Of a stretch of 64,000 bases of DNA, positions 16,170 through 37,825 are shown piece after piece. Under the pieces are notes generated by a model. The model did not search any database, was not told the origin of the DNA, and saw only the letters and a list, made by a program, of their open reading frames with translations. This stretch comes from the human T2T-CHM13v2.0 reference genome, Homo sapiens. The number at the start of each line of letters is the position of its first letter. Position 1 is the first letter of the stretch. The position numbers and the translations under genes were made by a program. Location of the stretch: assembly GCF_009914755.1 (NCBI RefSeq), contig NC_060939.1. The stretch is one strand, 5' to 3'.

Positions 16170-18450
16170 ATGGTGGGAATCATCTGAGCTGCTCACAAAT
16201 ATTCTGATTCTCCTCCTTCCAGGCACATAACGAAACTGTATTTCCTCAGCCCTCCTCCTGAAGTTGGGCATGGCCACATAACTTGCTTTGGCCAGTGAAA
16301 TATAAGCAGAGGTAATACGTGTCCTTGTTATGCAGAAGCCTGTAGGAGCCACTTCCTGAGTTGCCATATCCTTTTTCCTGCCTTAGAAATCATGGAAACA
16401 CATTGAGACAGAGCCTCCTTCAGCCTGGGTCCCTGCGTGTACTCACAGTGATCAAAGACCCATACCAACTCATGTGGGAAATGGAGCAGGACCAAGAACT
16501 GCAACTTTCATTGTTAGAAACAACCAGTAATTTTGTTGAATTACTGCAACATAACCCAGCCTAATCAGGTTATACTGAAATTAGTATCAAAAGAAGATGC
16601 TCCTAAAACAGAAACCTAAAATTTTGGTACTGGCTTGGTAGTCAGGCAATGAGTGGCTGGGAAACTATTAACGGAAAGCAGAAGGATGACAATTCATGAA
16701 GTGAATTTATGAAATTATGAAGTGAAATTATGAAGTGGTGAAATATTTGGCAAAACTAATACCTGCAATTACTTGGAAGGCAAATAATATACCTAATGTA
16801 CCTACAGCTCTAGGAGAAACAGTTGGAAATTTTAGTGTTAATGGTGTATATTAGTCATTGCCGACTGCATTTGGCAAGGTATTATACAAAAAATATGAGC
16901 TTCTGAATGAATCAGACATCTTGCAAGCAGAAAGGAAAGGGAATAGAGAGATCTCAGAAATTTGGCACTTTGCAAAATGGGAAAAGCTGAACTGATTTTA
17001 AACCTCAAAAATGAGACTTTTAAAAATTGAAGAGGCATTTATTTACACAACCAAAGCCAATTAAAACTCAGCCTTGCAATATGAGTCAAATTAAATGTAT
17101 GACTATAACCTACTATTAAAACCTCTGAATTAAAGTATCTCAGAGTATGAATCCAACAAAGATTATGGCATCCAGTACTGTATTAGTCTGTTCTCATGCT
17201 GCTATAAAGAAATACCCAAGACTGGGTAATTTATAAAAGAAAGAGGTTTAATTGACTCCCAGTTCTGCATGCCTGGGGAGGTCTCAGGAAACTTACAATC
17301 ATGGCGGAAGGGGAAGCAAACACATTCTTCTTCACAAAATGGCAGGAGAGAGAAGTGCCGAGCAAAGGGGGAACATCCCCTTATAAAATCATCAGATTGA
17401 GTGAGAACTCACTCACTATCATGAGAACAGTGTAAGGGTAACCACCCCCATGGTTCAGTTACCTCCCACTGCGTTCCTCCCATGACACGTGGGGATTATG
17501 AGAACTACATTAAAAATAAAATTTGGGTGGGGACACAGCCAAACCATATCAAGTACATATTTGCATTCAGAGAGACTCTCTCAGGAAAAAGAGAACAGAA
17601 CAAAAGGGTAAAAAGAAAAAGGGTATAGCTCTCCTACTGAAGCCTCATAGGCTTAAGATAACTGAAATTAAGAGAGAGGCATAGGAGCAAGAAAGCAAAG
17701 AAATATAGAAAATTTAAGAAGTATCTAGAAAAGAACTCCATGTTGTAGCTATTGCTACTTGTAGCTGATTGAAATCAAACAGATTAGAAACCAACTAAGT
17801 TCTTGAAAGAACTCAACATCAAGAGAAATCTCAGTCTGGATTAAAAGAGACTGTTGCTGCTTAAGACTTAAAACAACCCTTGGGCCCTCAACTATCTACA
17901 GGCAGGAAGTGGGTGAGAAAGTTTTAAAATTGCTAAGGATGGCTTGTGCCTGTAATCCTAGCTGCTCACGAGGTTGAGGCAGGAGGACCGCTCACTTGAG
18001 GCCAGGAGTTCAAGACCAGCCTGGGCAACATGGCAAGATCCCATCTCTTAAAAAATTGCTGAGGAAAATATAATCTCTAATATCCACTTCAGATGTGGCC
18101 CAAGGACAATTATGGAAAAGAAATAAAATCTCAGAAGGCAGAGTCAAGGACCACAAAGAATAGTGTCTATGCTCATGAAGCAATTGGGATCAGAACTAAT
18201 CAAGGAACATTTCCCACCCAAAGGATAGGGGCCCTGGAAATGTCTGCCCAGTGGGATTTCAGAATTACTACAAAGCCCTGTCTTCTGTTTCTCTCTCATT
18301 GTTTCTCTTTCCAAATGGAAGTATTTATTGCAGTTACCCAGTCCTGTTCCACCAGTTTTTGAATAGTGAGGACTGAATAGATAATTTTGTTTTTTTTCTT
18401 TATAGTTCATGGCTTTTCAGATCAAGAGAGCCAGACCTGATCTAGAAGAT
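16170..18450. mobile_element. Old MLT1 LTR plus MaLR internal-like sequence hosting the THE1 LTR and an Alu monomer (about 17941-18055)
   Basis: MLT motifs (ggccacataacttgctttggccagtgaaat); degenerate internal sequence. Confidence 0.5.
17179..17551 (-). mobile_element. THE1 (MaLR) solo LTR, 373 bp
   Basis: TG...CA termini, perfect 5-bp TSD AGTAC (17174-17178, 17552-17556), THE1 consensus tgatatggtttggctgtgtcccc on the minus strand. Confidence 0.93.
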
Positions 18451-19229
18451 ATCATGGATCACCCATAGTTATTTCTATTTGATAGCATTTTATACCTTGT
18501 TAAATATTTTCACACATTTTGTTTCATTCTTGCAATAACTTTGAAAGGTAGACATTTTCATTCTGATATTGTAAATGAGGAAGCTGAGACTTAAAATGTT
18601 AAATCACTTTGCAAGTTTACTAGCAAAAAAGTTATTTATTATGGTGCTTTCTAATAACTAGCTTGAAAAGAATTTTACACAGAAGTAAAATTTTAAATAT
18701 CGTCGAGTGGGGAGAAAGATGGATAAACACGAACAAAAAGATCTATAACCTAAGATGCTACGTGGGAAACGGGCCTGAGTAGGGCAGTAATGGGGAATCT
18801 GATAGCCAGGGAGTAACACATGAGCATATTGTCAAGGGAGATTCTGGGGTACATAAGTAGACTGCAGTTGCCTGGGGAAAATGTTGTTAACATTGAGGTT
18901 TACTTTGGTGAGCTGCCTAAGGGTAGACTCTTACATCTCTCACATATAAAATAAAATACGGAATTGTTTTATGGGATAAGAAAAAACAGCTTTGTGTAAG
19001 CCTTTCATTTCTGTTGTTTCCTCTGGATAAGGGCTAAGAACACTCCTGGTCACCTTTCTTAGAAAGTTATAAATGTCCTGCCAAACCTAGACATTCTGAC
19101 CATGACAAGGTAGCTTGTAACCAACTAACTGTCACTAAAAATGATTATAAAGGCTGGTTTGAGATATATATAAAACAACTGCTTGAAGGCATTGAAGGGC
19201 AACTAAAACAGTCCTTAAAAGAACAGAAG

Positions 19230-19520
19230 GGCCAGGCACAGTGGCTCACGCCTGTAATCCCAACACTTTGGGAGGTTGAGGTGGATCACTTGAGGCCAGG
19301 AGTTTGAGACCACCCTAACCAACATAGCGAAACCCCATCTCTACTAAAAATACAAAAATTATCTGGGCGTGATGGCCCATCCCTGTAATCCCAGATACTC
19401 TGGTGGCTGAGGCACAAGAATCATTTGAACCCAGAAGTTGGAGGTTGCAGTGAGCCAAGATCGCGCTACTGCGCTCCAGCCTGGGTGAGAAAGCAAGACT
19501 CCATCTCTAAAAAAATTAAA
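19230..19520 (+). mobile_element. Alu
   Basis: TSD aaagaacagaag. Confidence 0.9.
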
Positions 19521-20110
19521 GAAAGAAAGAACAGAAGCATCTAAGGTGAGTGTCATATTCCCCCAAGTTTTAAAGGACATTTACAAATGTGTTAGGAAAT
19601 AAATCTAAACAGATTTTTTTCTTGACCTCATGACCTTGATCTCTTGACCTCGTGATCCGCCCGCCTCGGCCTCCCAAAGTGCTGGGAGGCAACAAAGCCT
19701 GGAGTTCAAAACTGTCAAACTGTTTGAGACTTGAGATCCAAAATCCTAGAACAAGGGTGATCAAAGGGAAGTGAGCCCCAAAAATTTGTGTGTGGATGCC
19801 GTTTAAATCCCTAATTGACTCATACCTGGTGGAATGAACAGCTTAAGACTCCAAGAAATCCAGAGGAAAAATATAACAGTAGCTGGGAGGCTAAAGATCT
19901 GGCAGATATTTCAAAAGTCACATAATCTTAGGAGTTCATGTCCTGCTAAATTGAAAGGGTACTAATAAACACCTCAAGCTTCCAGTGGAGACTTCAAAAG
20001 GACCAAACTCTAGGAGTAAGGACACTTCCCTAGGAGAAAAAACTAAACACAAAGCATGAAGGAAAACCTTTAAATAGACCAGGTCCAGCAACAGCTAAAA
20101 TCAACTCTTA

Positions 20111-22440
<2,330 letters not shown>

Positions 22441-22636
22441 CAATAAATATCCCACATATCCCTGGATATGAAACCTCTGTGAACTTGTTCTGCATATGGG
22501 GAGTTGATGCCCGATCATTACTAATGCTCCTTCTCAATATGGAACTATTTTTAAAAGGGGGATATAAAATTATGAAATGGGAACCACTTACTAGAAAGGA
22601 TTTGTTATATTTGTGTTAACCATAGGTCCCTAGAAT

Positions 22637-22947
22637 AGCACTGTCCAATAGAAATATAATGAAAACCACTAATGTAAACCACAGAGATAATTCAAAATTT
22701 TCTTGGAGCAACGTTTTTTAAAAGTAAAAGAAATAGGTGAGGTTAATTTTTAAAATATATTTTATTTAATCCAGTATATTGAAAATATTGTCATTTCAGC
22801 ATGTAATCAGTATGAAAATTATTGAGATAGTCCTACTTTTTTTGTACTAAGTCTTTGAAAGCTATGACACATCTCAATTTGTACCACTAGCATTTCAACT
22901 TCTCAGTTGCCCCATGTGGCTATTGGCTACCATATTGGACAGCACAG
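22637..22947. mobile_element. hAT-Charlie MITE (MER33-like)
   Basis: Inverted termini gcactgtccaata ... tattggacagcac. Confidence 0.75.
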
Positions 22948-22972
22948 TAAGGGATGCAAGAGATGTACTAGG

Positions 22973-23711
<739 letters not shown>

Positions 23712-24022
23712 TTAGCCACTGTCTGTACTAAAGCTCAGATTTCTTGATAAAGTGGGAAGTTGATGAGTGGTCCTAATTCTGGCATGTGATTTCTTTTACC
23801 AAAGCCCCAAAATATAGTTTCCTTTTTTGAGCTTCCAGTGATGGGAAGTTCACAACTTCACAGGGCAGGCATTTCCACTGTTGGACAACTCCAGGGTTAC
23901 CTCTTATTTATTTGGAGAAAACGGTTACAAGATAATTTTCAAAGAAAAAAAAAAAGGTAAAGCCATGCCTCTCCTACAGATGTAAAAATAAACACATGAT
24001 AAAGATTTTATTTAACAGAACT

Positions 24023-24331
24023 GCCAGGCACAGTGGCTCATGCCTGTAATCCCAGCACTTTGGGAGGCTGAGGCTGGGAGGATCACTTGAGCCCAGCAGT
24101 TCGAGACCAGCCTAAGCAACAAGGCGAAACCCTATCTCTACCAAAAAACATATACAAAACTTAGCTGGGTGTGGTGGCACATGCCTGTGGTCCCAACTAC
24201 TCAGGAAGCTGAGGTGGGAGGATCACCTGAACTTGGGGACATCGAGGCTGCAGTGAGCTGTGATTGAGCCACTGAACTCCAACCTGGGTGACAGAGTGAG
24301 ACCCTGTCTCCAAAACACAAAACAAACAAAA
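24023..24331 (+). mobile_element. Alu (AluJ-like)
   Basis: Dimer with A-rich tail. Confidence 0.88.
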
Positions 24332-24585
24332 AGAGGGAACTAGGCAGATATTATAACGGGTTCAAAAGAGAATCCCAAAACAGACATCTTTATAGATCAG
24401 GAATATTGAAATTTGCACATGGAGGCAAAATAGGATTTTCCACAAGGGGAACAGGAAAGGGAAATCAACTGAGCCTTTATCAGACTAGACAGAATTTGCT
24501 TGTCTATCAGTTACCTATACTTTACAAAATTGTAAAATATCTCCCATAGAATCAATCTGATAAGGCAGCAGGGAGTGCTATAGAC

Positions 24586-24951
24586 CAGCAATCCCCAACC
24601 TTTTTGGCACCAGGGACTGGTTTCATGGAAGACAATTTTTCCATGGACGTGGAGGTGGGTAGAGGGAGTATGGTTTCAGAATGAAACTGTTCCACCTCAG
24701 ATCATCAGGCATCAGTTAGATTCTCATAAGGAGCATGCAACCTAGATCCCTTGTTTGTACAGTTAACAATAGGTTTCCCGCTCCTAGGAGAATCTAATGC
24801 CACCGCTGATCTGACAGGAGACGGAGCTCTGGTGGTAATGCTTGCTTGCCTGCTGCTTACCTCCTGCTGTGTGGCCCGGTTCCTAACAGGCCACAGACCT
24901 GTCTGAGACAGATCTGGTACCAGTCCACAGCCCAGGGATTCAAGACCCCTG
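24586..24951. mobile_element. MER1B-like hAT-Charlie DNA transposon
   Basis: cag...ccccaacctttttggcaccaggg start; perfect 8-bp TSD CTATAGAC (24578-24585, 24952-24959). Confidence 0.88.
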
Positions 24952-24957
24952 CTATAG

Positions 24958-25324
<367 letters not shown>

Positions 25325-25326
25325 AA

Positions 25327-25633
25327 TTTTTTTTGAGATGGAATTTTGCTCTTGTTGCCCAGGCTGGAGTGCAATGGCGTGACCTCGGCTCACTGAAACC
25401 TCTGCCTCCCAGGTTCAAGCGATTCTCCTGCCTCAGCCTCTGAAGTAGCTGGACCACCATGCTACTTTTCACCATACAACATTTCACCATGTTGGCCAGG
25501 CTGGCCTCCTGGGTGAGGTCAGGAGTTCAAGATCTTGGCTCACTGCAACCTCCGCCTTCCGGGTTCAAGCGATTCTCCCGCCTCAGTCTCCCAAAGTGCT
25601 GGAATTACAGGCGTGAGTCACTGTGCCCAGCCT
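25327..25633 (-). mobile_element. Internally rearranged Alu
   Basis: Out-of-order and inverted Alu segments (see findings). Confidence 0.85.
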
Positions 25634-26019
25634 CCCCTATATTTTTTTAACCCATCACTCTTAGAACAGTGGTTTTCATATTTTGATGTACACAAGAATC
25701 ATCCAAGAAGTAAGGTAAAAGACAGAGTGCCTGCCAAGTCTTCTGAGCTTGCATGATGCCCATGAAAATGCCTTTTTAACAAGCACACTAGATGATTCTG
25801 ATGCAGGTGTTGAGGATCATACTCAAAAAGCACAGTTCTAGAACATATTTACTCCAAATTCTAGAGGCAGCCTTTCCAAATGTGTTCTCATAATATCTGA
25901 AGGTAGCTCTAGATTTCAAATCAAATCAATCTTAGTAGTCTTTCTGTGCCAGTAACATTTTCTGTACTTTGTTTCTGAGATAATATACTATTTCTTTTCT
26001 CCCCATTCAAATTTTACAG

Positions 26020-26081
26020 GAAAGGCAAGGAACTGTTTTTATATTATATGAGCACCTGAAGAGACACAAGTTGGGAATGTT
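26020..26081 (+). CDS. IQCH: IQCH internal coding exon ([20 protein letters not shown]+TT, 62 nt)
   Basis: Pyrimidine tract ...attttacag|GAA and donor TT|gtgagt. The phase 2 end matches the phase of the next exon. Too short to appear in the ORF track. Confidence 0.92.
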
Positions 26082-26175
26082 GTGAGTATGAAGTGTATCT
26101 GTGAGTTGCAATAAGCTAAAGACAATCACAACTAACAAGAATGATGCTTCTCATGCATTTTAATCAGCATGCTGA

Positions 26176-26515
<340 letters not shown>

Positions 26516-29500
26516 AGGTATTTTATAAAATGACTTTAGATGTGTCAATGGGGGTTTATAAATATAATTGATTAATTACCTAAAATTAATGGGTAAGATT
26601 TAGATTTAACAACATATTATACCCAAATGCATACACAGATAAGGCACATCAGATCTCACTGATGGGGACCCAGCTCAGTTGTCCTGCCTGTGGAAGGCAG
26701 TTGTCATTCTGGCATACTTAGAAAAGTGCTCTGTGCTCTGGTGACTTCACACGATGTCCCCCTAACAGGCAGGATCTGTAGCTCCTCCTCAGATCCAGTT
26801 TCAACCCGGGCGCAGTCTTCTCAAGGTACGCATGCACTGAGCACAGGCTGCTGGCAACACTCGGAGGCTTCCGCACTTCTCCCAGATTTCCCTCTGGGAT
26901 ATTTTGGAGCCTAGCAAAGCCTCCTATCTAGGACTCAGAATTTTAGAGCTACAACCTTGAGTCATCTCTTATTTCATATCTTGGCACATGGTTACTTGGT
27001 ACCTTTAAGTCATCCTACCTAATTGGGAAACTGTCTCTGCCCTCTATTTCTCTTCCTTGTAACCTCTACAGCAGTGTAGACATTGTGGCCTCACACTGAA
27101 ACACACAGAAACATATACACAAAGATCTGGTCTCATAAAAACTAACCAAATAAGAGCCAATTCCTCTACGAAGCACTGATGTTCCTATGTGGCCTCAGTC
27201 CCTCCCTCCCCAACCTCCCCTACACCCTACTATGGTCAGTCTCCCGGAAACTGATCCAAAGAGGTGCACACTACAAGCAAATGGCTGCATAGGACAGGCC
27301 TCAACTTCCCTATCCAAAGCATAGTCCTTTGTTCTACCAAAGCATTATCAGTTAGACCATTATCAATACAGTGATATTCACCCTCATCGATCCTTTTGAA
27401 CTTAGGCAAATGTTCTGGTTTCTTCTCCCTTGCAACTAGAATGTGGCTACAATTTAATCTGGCACTTACAGTCTCAGATGCTTCCCATCACCTGGGAAGG
27501 GAAGCTGGCTGTTTTGAGTCCTCCCCTCCAGTTTCAGTCTTCCCCCAAGATCCCATAAACATGCAAAACTTATTGGGTCTTGTTAAGAAAGTCACTTCCC
27601 TAGGGACTCTTCACCCATTTGTCACACTGCCCTGATAGCAACAGAAATGAGACCTCAATCCATAACATCCCAACAAGCTTGCCTTCATCTTCTCCACCTA
27701 GGCCTTCACATCCAGAATGATAACAGAGCCAGGGACACCTCTGGGCATGTGCAGGGAAGGATCAGCCCCTTGCTTCCCAGTAACATTCTGCCCCTCAGCT
27801 CCCTCCCTGCCCCACCCTTCCTTACCAGAAAATTTGAAAGCATTTTATCAACTGTGCCAGGCACAGTTCTAGGTGCTGGGGAAACAACAATGAGCCCTGC
27901 CCTCAGGAAGCTGCCACTCTAGAGGGGTGGGCATACAGTAAACAAGTAAACAGGTAAACGTGGTCTAGTATGTCAACTGCTGACAAGCCATGAAAGGGGA
28001 GCAGCAGTTCACTAGTAGCCAGAAGATCAGAGATTAAATACTTCCCATTTCACTCTCCCCAAACTTGACACGGTGATGTCAGGGCTGGGCAGAACATAGG
28101 CCACCGGGAATTACCGGGACTAGGAGAACCAAGCAGTCATCTGGATTTGAAGTTGGCATGCATGGGAATAAGAAATTTGTATTTTCCCAACTTATGAATC
28201 GAGTTAAGCAGGCAACATTCAAGGTCCAAGTATATTTCTAAGCCCAGGAATTCAGACAGATGGGTTAGTTAGGTACAAAGAACTAGAAATCAGAACCTAG
28301 AGATATGAACTGTGTCTTACTGGGCACCAGCTGGCATGAAAGATTAACTACAAAGGAGAAGCTGGGACACGACTGGAACCAGACAAACCCTTTTGTACAT
28401 AGGATGAGGCTGGGAGAGGTGAGCTCCCTTCGGGTGATGGGAGAAGAGCAATCAGACAGGCCAAACACTGGACCCAGGATTCAGATGCGTGGAGGTCATC
28501 CTGAGAAGCAACCAGCTCATACCATCAGGAAAAGTTCCAACCGCAAAGAGTAAAGGGACAACCTGAGAGCTAGGTCGTGGGGAGCTTGACCAGAGGCACT
28601 CAGAGAGGAGGCCACTTTTGGAGACCCAGGCTGGTAGGGGGTGGCATGAGGAAAGCCTTTCAGCAGGCAGCAGAGCCCAGCAGAGGCTGACACTCAGGAG
28701 CAGGATGTGTGTCCTGGAATTGATGGGATGAGACAGGGGTAGTATCACCCAGGCAGAGGCAGGGTTCCTGAAGTGTGGGCCACAGGAAGAGCAGTGCAGG
28801 TGGGTACTCGGGCATAGAGGAACCAGGCAAGAGGAAAACCATCACAGAAAGTAGGAGATAGAGGAAGAGCCTGTTTCATGAACAGAGAAACTCCCAGTCA
28901 TCAAACTGACCTAGCAGCAAGGTGGATCTGATGCTGAAGCCTACAGAATTAATAATTAGACTGGTAACCAAGAGGAACTTGCCCAGCTGTCCCTACACCT
29001 GTACCTGAGATTTCAGGCAAGGATGCCTTGACCTGCAGGCTAGTTTCAATGGTAGAAATAGTCCTATTGGTGTACCTTCTAGATGGTTATTGCTATTCAC
29101 ACATCCTTCAGGGAGGGCACAGTTGACATGGACCTCTCGAAAGCCTTTAGTCCTTTTCTACTGTTTTCTGCCCATCTTAATCTCATCCCTAACTGCAGTC
29201 ATAGAACCACAGAATGTTAGAACAGGGAAGGGCCTCAGAATTAACTGATCCTCATAGATGGGAAACTGAGGCTTAGAGAGGGGCAATGATTTGCCTGGGT
29301 CACACAGTAGGTGGTCTGTCTCCTGATCCTGAACTTGGTGTTCCTTTCACTATACCACAAAGCCTACACTGAGTGACCACCTTATATAGGGAGCCCTATA
29401 ATGCTACAGGATAGTTTGCAAGCTATCTCCGAAATCTTAAAGTGGATGTTCAGGTTTATAAAGACGGCTGTTCATGAACAGGGCACATTCTCCTCTGAAC

Positions 29501-29675
29501 ATAGGCAGGACACTCTCATTAAGTGATAGGAATCACTTGTACCTGTGAAATAGAAAATAAACCCTAGACAAAAGACTCCAGAATACTGAGATGCAAATGT
29601 CTCCATAGACAAGGAAATCATTCGGCAAGGATCACACTTAGCGACAGTTCTCCTAAAGTAACTTAAACCATTTTT

Positions 29676-29960
29676 TTTAATTATTATACTTTAAGTTATA
29701 GGGTACATGTGCACAACGTGCAGGTTTGTTACATATGTATCCATGTGCCATGTTAGTGTCCTGCACCCATTAACTCGTCATTTACATTAGGTATATCTCC
29801 TAATGCTATTCCTCTCCCCTCCCCTCACCCCACGACAGGCCCCGGTGTGTGATGTTCCCTACCCTGTGTCCAAGTGTTCTCACTGTTCAGTTCCCACCTA
29901 TGAGTGAGAACATGCGGTGTTTGGTTTTCTGTCCTTGCGATAGTTTGCTGAGAATGATGG
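29676..29960 (-). mobile_element. 5'-truncated primate L1PA 3' end (about 290 bp)
   Basis: L1PA 3' UTR consensus (gtacatgtgcacaacgtgcaggtttgttaca); TSD cttaaaccattttt at 29662-29675 and 29962-29975. Confidence 0.92.
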
Positions 29961-30098
29961 GCTTAAACCATTTTTAAAATGAACTCGTACAACATCCTAG
30001 CTCAGTGGTAGACTTTCGCTAGAAATGACCTACCCTATTGGTATATTCTGCTAAGTTGATTAATAAAAAATATTTATTACGCAAATCCTTTTTGTTGA

Positions 30099-30386
<288 letters not shown>

Positions 30387-31372
30387 TAATTAACTAACGA
30401 TTCTGGTTAATTTCTATACAAGGGCTGAAAATACCTCATGCTGTATTGTAAACAAGTGCTAAACCATCTTTTTTTTATTGTAAGCAGTACATATTTTACA
30501 GTGTGCAGGGTCAATACTGTAAGGTTCCCACTGAGGCTGTTAGTTAAATTTAATAGTTTGAAACTTTTTCTTTGAAATAGAGTTGACTTTTAACTTGCTG
30601 CCATTTTCAAACTCCAGCTCCTAAGATAGCAGATCTTTCTGATGTTGGACGTGAGTCTGAAATGTCACAATGGAACCAAAACAGAGATCGTCACAACCAA
30701 AAATTGCGAATGTTATCTATCTATATTCCAGATAATACAAGGTCTGACTAGTGATTCCTGGGAAGCCCTAGTTTCTAGAGCCAGAGAAGTTCTAAGACCC
30801 GAGAAAGCAATGTGTGTTAGGGAGAAGCAGAAAATATAGCATGTATGTGGGCCATCTACCCCACCCGTTTCTCCACCGTGGGTTGGATTATTTCACTACT
30901 AACCTTTAGAAGCCTTCTTATGACCTTTAAAGATGTTGGTCTATCAAATCCAGTTGTGTATAATTGACTAGAAGTCTCCAAACTGTAAACTACAGGAACA
31001 AGGTCTGTACGGGAGTTTCTGAAATACTGTCTGAACAGAGATGATCACGTGGTATTGAACAGCAAGGTATGAATCTGATTCCCAGCCTAGGCCTTCATTA
31101 ATTCAAAGGACACAATCAGAAACCACATGTAGTTTTTCTCCTAAATGGAAAGTCCAACAAAAGCTTAATAGAAATGTAATTTTAATTACATTTTTGATTC
31201 AAGCTAGGGCCTAACTCCTTTAGTAACAGTAACAATAACAATGTGATTTTATGAGCTGGAAGAATGACCACTGCTTTCCCTACAACATGATTGAGAAGAT
31301 TCAAGAAAAGACAGACCAAATGTTACATCAGTGTTCACTGGTCCTAAAGGATCTATGCTCATTATTTACTGG

Positions 31373-31510
31373 TTTTTGTTTTGTTTTGTTTTAAAGAGAC
31401 AGGATATCTCACTGTCTTGCCTAGGCTGGTCTCAAGCTCCTGAGCTCAAGGGATCTTGTCTTGGCCTCTCAAAGTGCTGGGATTACAGGCATGAGCCACC
31501 TTGCCCAGCC
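31373..31510 (-). mobile_element. Alu monomer (FLAM-like)
   Basis: Left-arm motifs only. Confidence 0.75.
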
Positions 31511-32299
31511 TATCATTTACATTTTAAGTTCCTGCTAGCTAGTAGCATCATCTTATCTGTTAGTGCCATGTGCAAAACTTTGAGCCTCTCTGCATTTGAT
31601 CCATTCAGCCTGTCCAAATATAGCTAATAATCAGAATCAGATGCTTTAACCTCAAATGCATTCAGACTAAGTTGATTCTGGGCTTGTCTCGCTGTGGGCA
31701 GAGTCAACCACCTTTGACAAAATGAAAGCTATTTCTCTGCCCTTTCTCTGACTTTCAAAATCATAAAAAGTCAGATGTTCTTAGGTAGCTTTTAATTATG
31801 TCATGGTTTCTAGCCTTCTGATATGAATGTTTGTTTTCTTGATTTTTACTCATGTTAGGTCTAAAGGCAAAAACTTTCAATCTCAGTAATATAGGTACAA
31901 TAACAAAAACTTGAAGCAGTGGAATAGATTCATCTTTGCTAATATTTTCTGTCTCCTACTTAGTGGCATTGTGGTAGGTATTTTCAGTTTTTAAACAAGG
32001 ATTTACCAGCAAAGTAAAGGCTAAATAAAAATGGAAGGTGATTGAGGCTGGGCACAATGGCTCATGCCTGTAATTCCAGCACTTTGAAAAGCTGAGGTGG
32101 GCAGATTGCTTGATCCCAGGAGTTCAAGACCAGCCTGGGCAACATGGTGAAACCCCATCTCTACAAAAATTACAAAAATTAGCCAGGTGTGGTGGCTCAT
32201 GCCTGTAGTCCCAGCTACTTGGGGGGCTGAGGTGGGAGAATCATTTGAGCCTGGGAGGTTGAGGCTGCAGTGAGTCTGGGTGATGGGAGTAAGAATAAA

Positions 32300-36155
<3,856 letters not shown>

Positions 36156-36573
36156 TAAACAAAGTAAATGGGAATGTGTCATTTTTTTCTTCCCAGCAAC
36201 CAATGGAAAGAAACCTTCCCATCAGCCTATTAGCCCTCATTTTAGGGTGACTAGACCAATGCTTCTCAAATTATCCATAATAAGGAAACTATTTGTTTTG
36301 TTTTGATTTTATCTGACTATCATGGATCAACATTTTTAACAAAATAGAAGAAAATTTAATTACTAGAAAAATACGATTAAAAAAATTAAAGATGTACAAT
36401 TTAGAAGCCCAATGTTATTATTAGACATAATAGGCATAAAAATTCTAAAAAGTTTTCCAAATTCTTACTCTCAATTTTTTTACTCATTTCAGCAAGACTG
36501 GTAAGCCATAATCTGTAGACAAATGCCAGTTGGTAGAATACATTCTGAATAGAACTGGTCTAAACCATGGTGA

Positions 36574-36765
<192 letters not shown>

Positions 36766-37825
36766 TCCTGGAATACAGTACATAACAATTTGGATCCCAG
36801 TCTGGAATAAAAAGGGCAATTTTTTTTTCTGTTAGAAATAAAAGCCAGGGGAAATTGGTTTGCTTTGTGTGCTAGGAGGTGAATCAGAACAGATTATAAT
36901 GAAATGCTCTTTTTAAAACATTGTTTATTAAGTGATCTTATTTTATTTATTAAACCAAAACTTATTTGTGTTTTCATTTGAGAGTGTTGAACAATCCCTT
37001 CTTCTTCTCAAACTCAGAAAAAAGTAATCTGATAAAAGAAGAAAGTTAAAAGTCTTACTGATATCACCTCCGCATTTACTTCCTCATAGGCCTCAGGATT
37101 ATGTAGCTTTTATTTTTTATGTTTTATAAAGTTTTCTCCTATTTCTAATAGTCCATCGATCTTCTGCATTTATAGGTTTGAATAAAGGCTTAAGAATTGC
37201 TATTTGTCAAAACACAAATGCCTTTTTTTCAAAGCTTCAAATTATATTGAAATTATATTTATATGAATTTTTAAGTGACTATCATTCATCGTGTTTTTGT
37301 TATACCAAGCCACTATTGTCTGCTATTGTTGCCATTTTTCAAAAAGTAGGATAAGCCAGCATCTAGTTAACCAAAGCATCAGAATGTATCTAGGTGGCAG
37401 TATCTGCTCTTAGTTTAAGATGGAGTGTAGCTCGAGCTCTGTAGCTTGAATAAACATTTGTATTCTCTAGTTCTCCATTTAATACAGCAGTAGGATTTTT
37501 TCAAGTTTAGTTCAACATTATACTACCTTTAAAAAGGCAGACTGTTAAGATTGTAGTAGTGCTGACTCTAACTTTCAGCATTCACTTCATAATTGTCCAA
37601 AAATATTTCCACATCAGTGAGCTTTACTGAAGGGTGAAATAAAAGCAAATTACAACACCAAAACCATTATTGTTTTAAAGAATGACCTTTATGTCTATAA
37701 AAATATTTTAGTGTATTGGGGAAAGGAATAGGATTTTTACCTGTGGAATTTCAATAATTTGTTAACTGTGATTCAGCCACAGGCTAAGAGTTTCTGTAAT
37801 AAAATTAACATTTGTGTGTGTCAGC
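36766..37825 (+). other. IQCH: IQCH 3' UTR with multiple AATAAA signals
   Basis: AATAAA at 36806, 36837, 37181, 37449, 37638 and 37798. The last is followed by a GT/T-rich downstream element (tttgtgtgtgtcagcttttgttttg). The end position is inferred. Confidence 0.7.

Noticed and set aside
16696-16745. tgaaattatgaag tandem units
   Set aside because: Small slippage repeat inside an old LTR-internal sequence.
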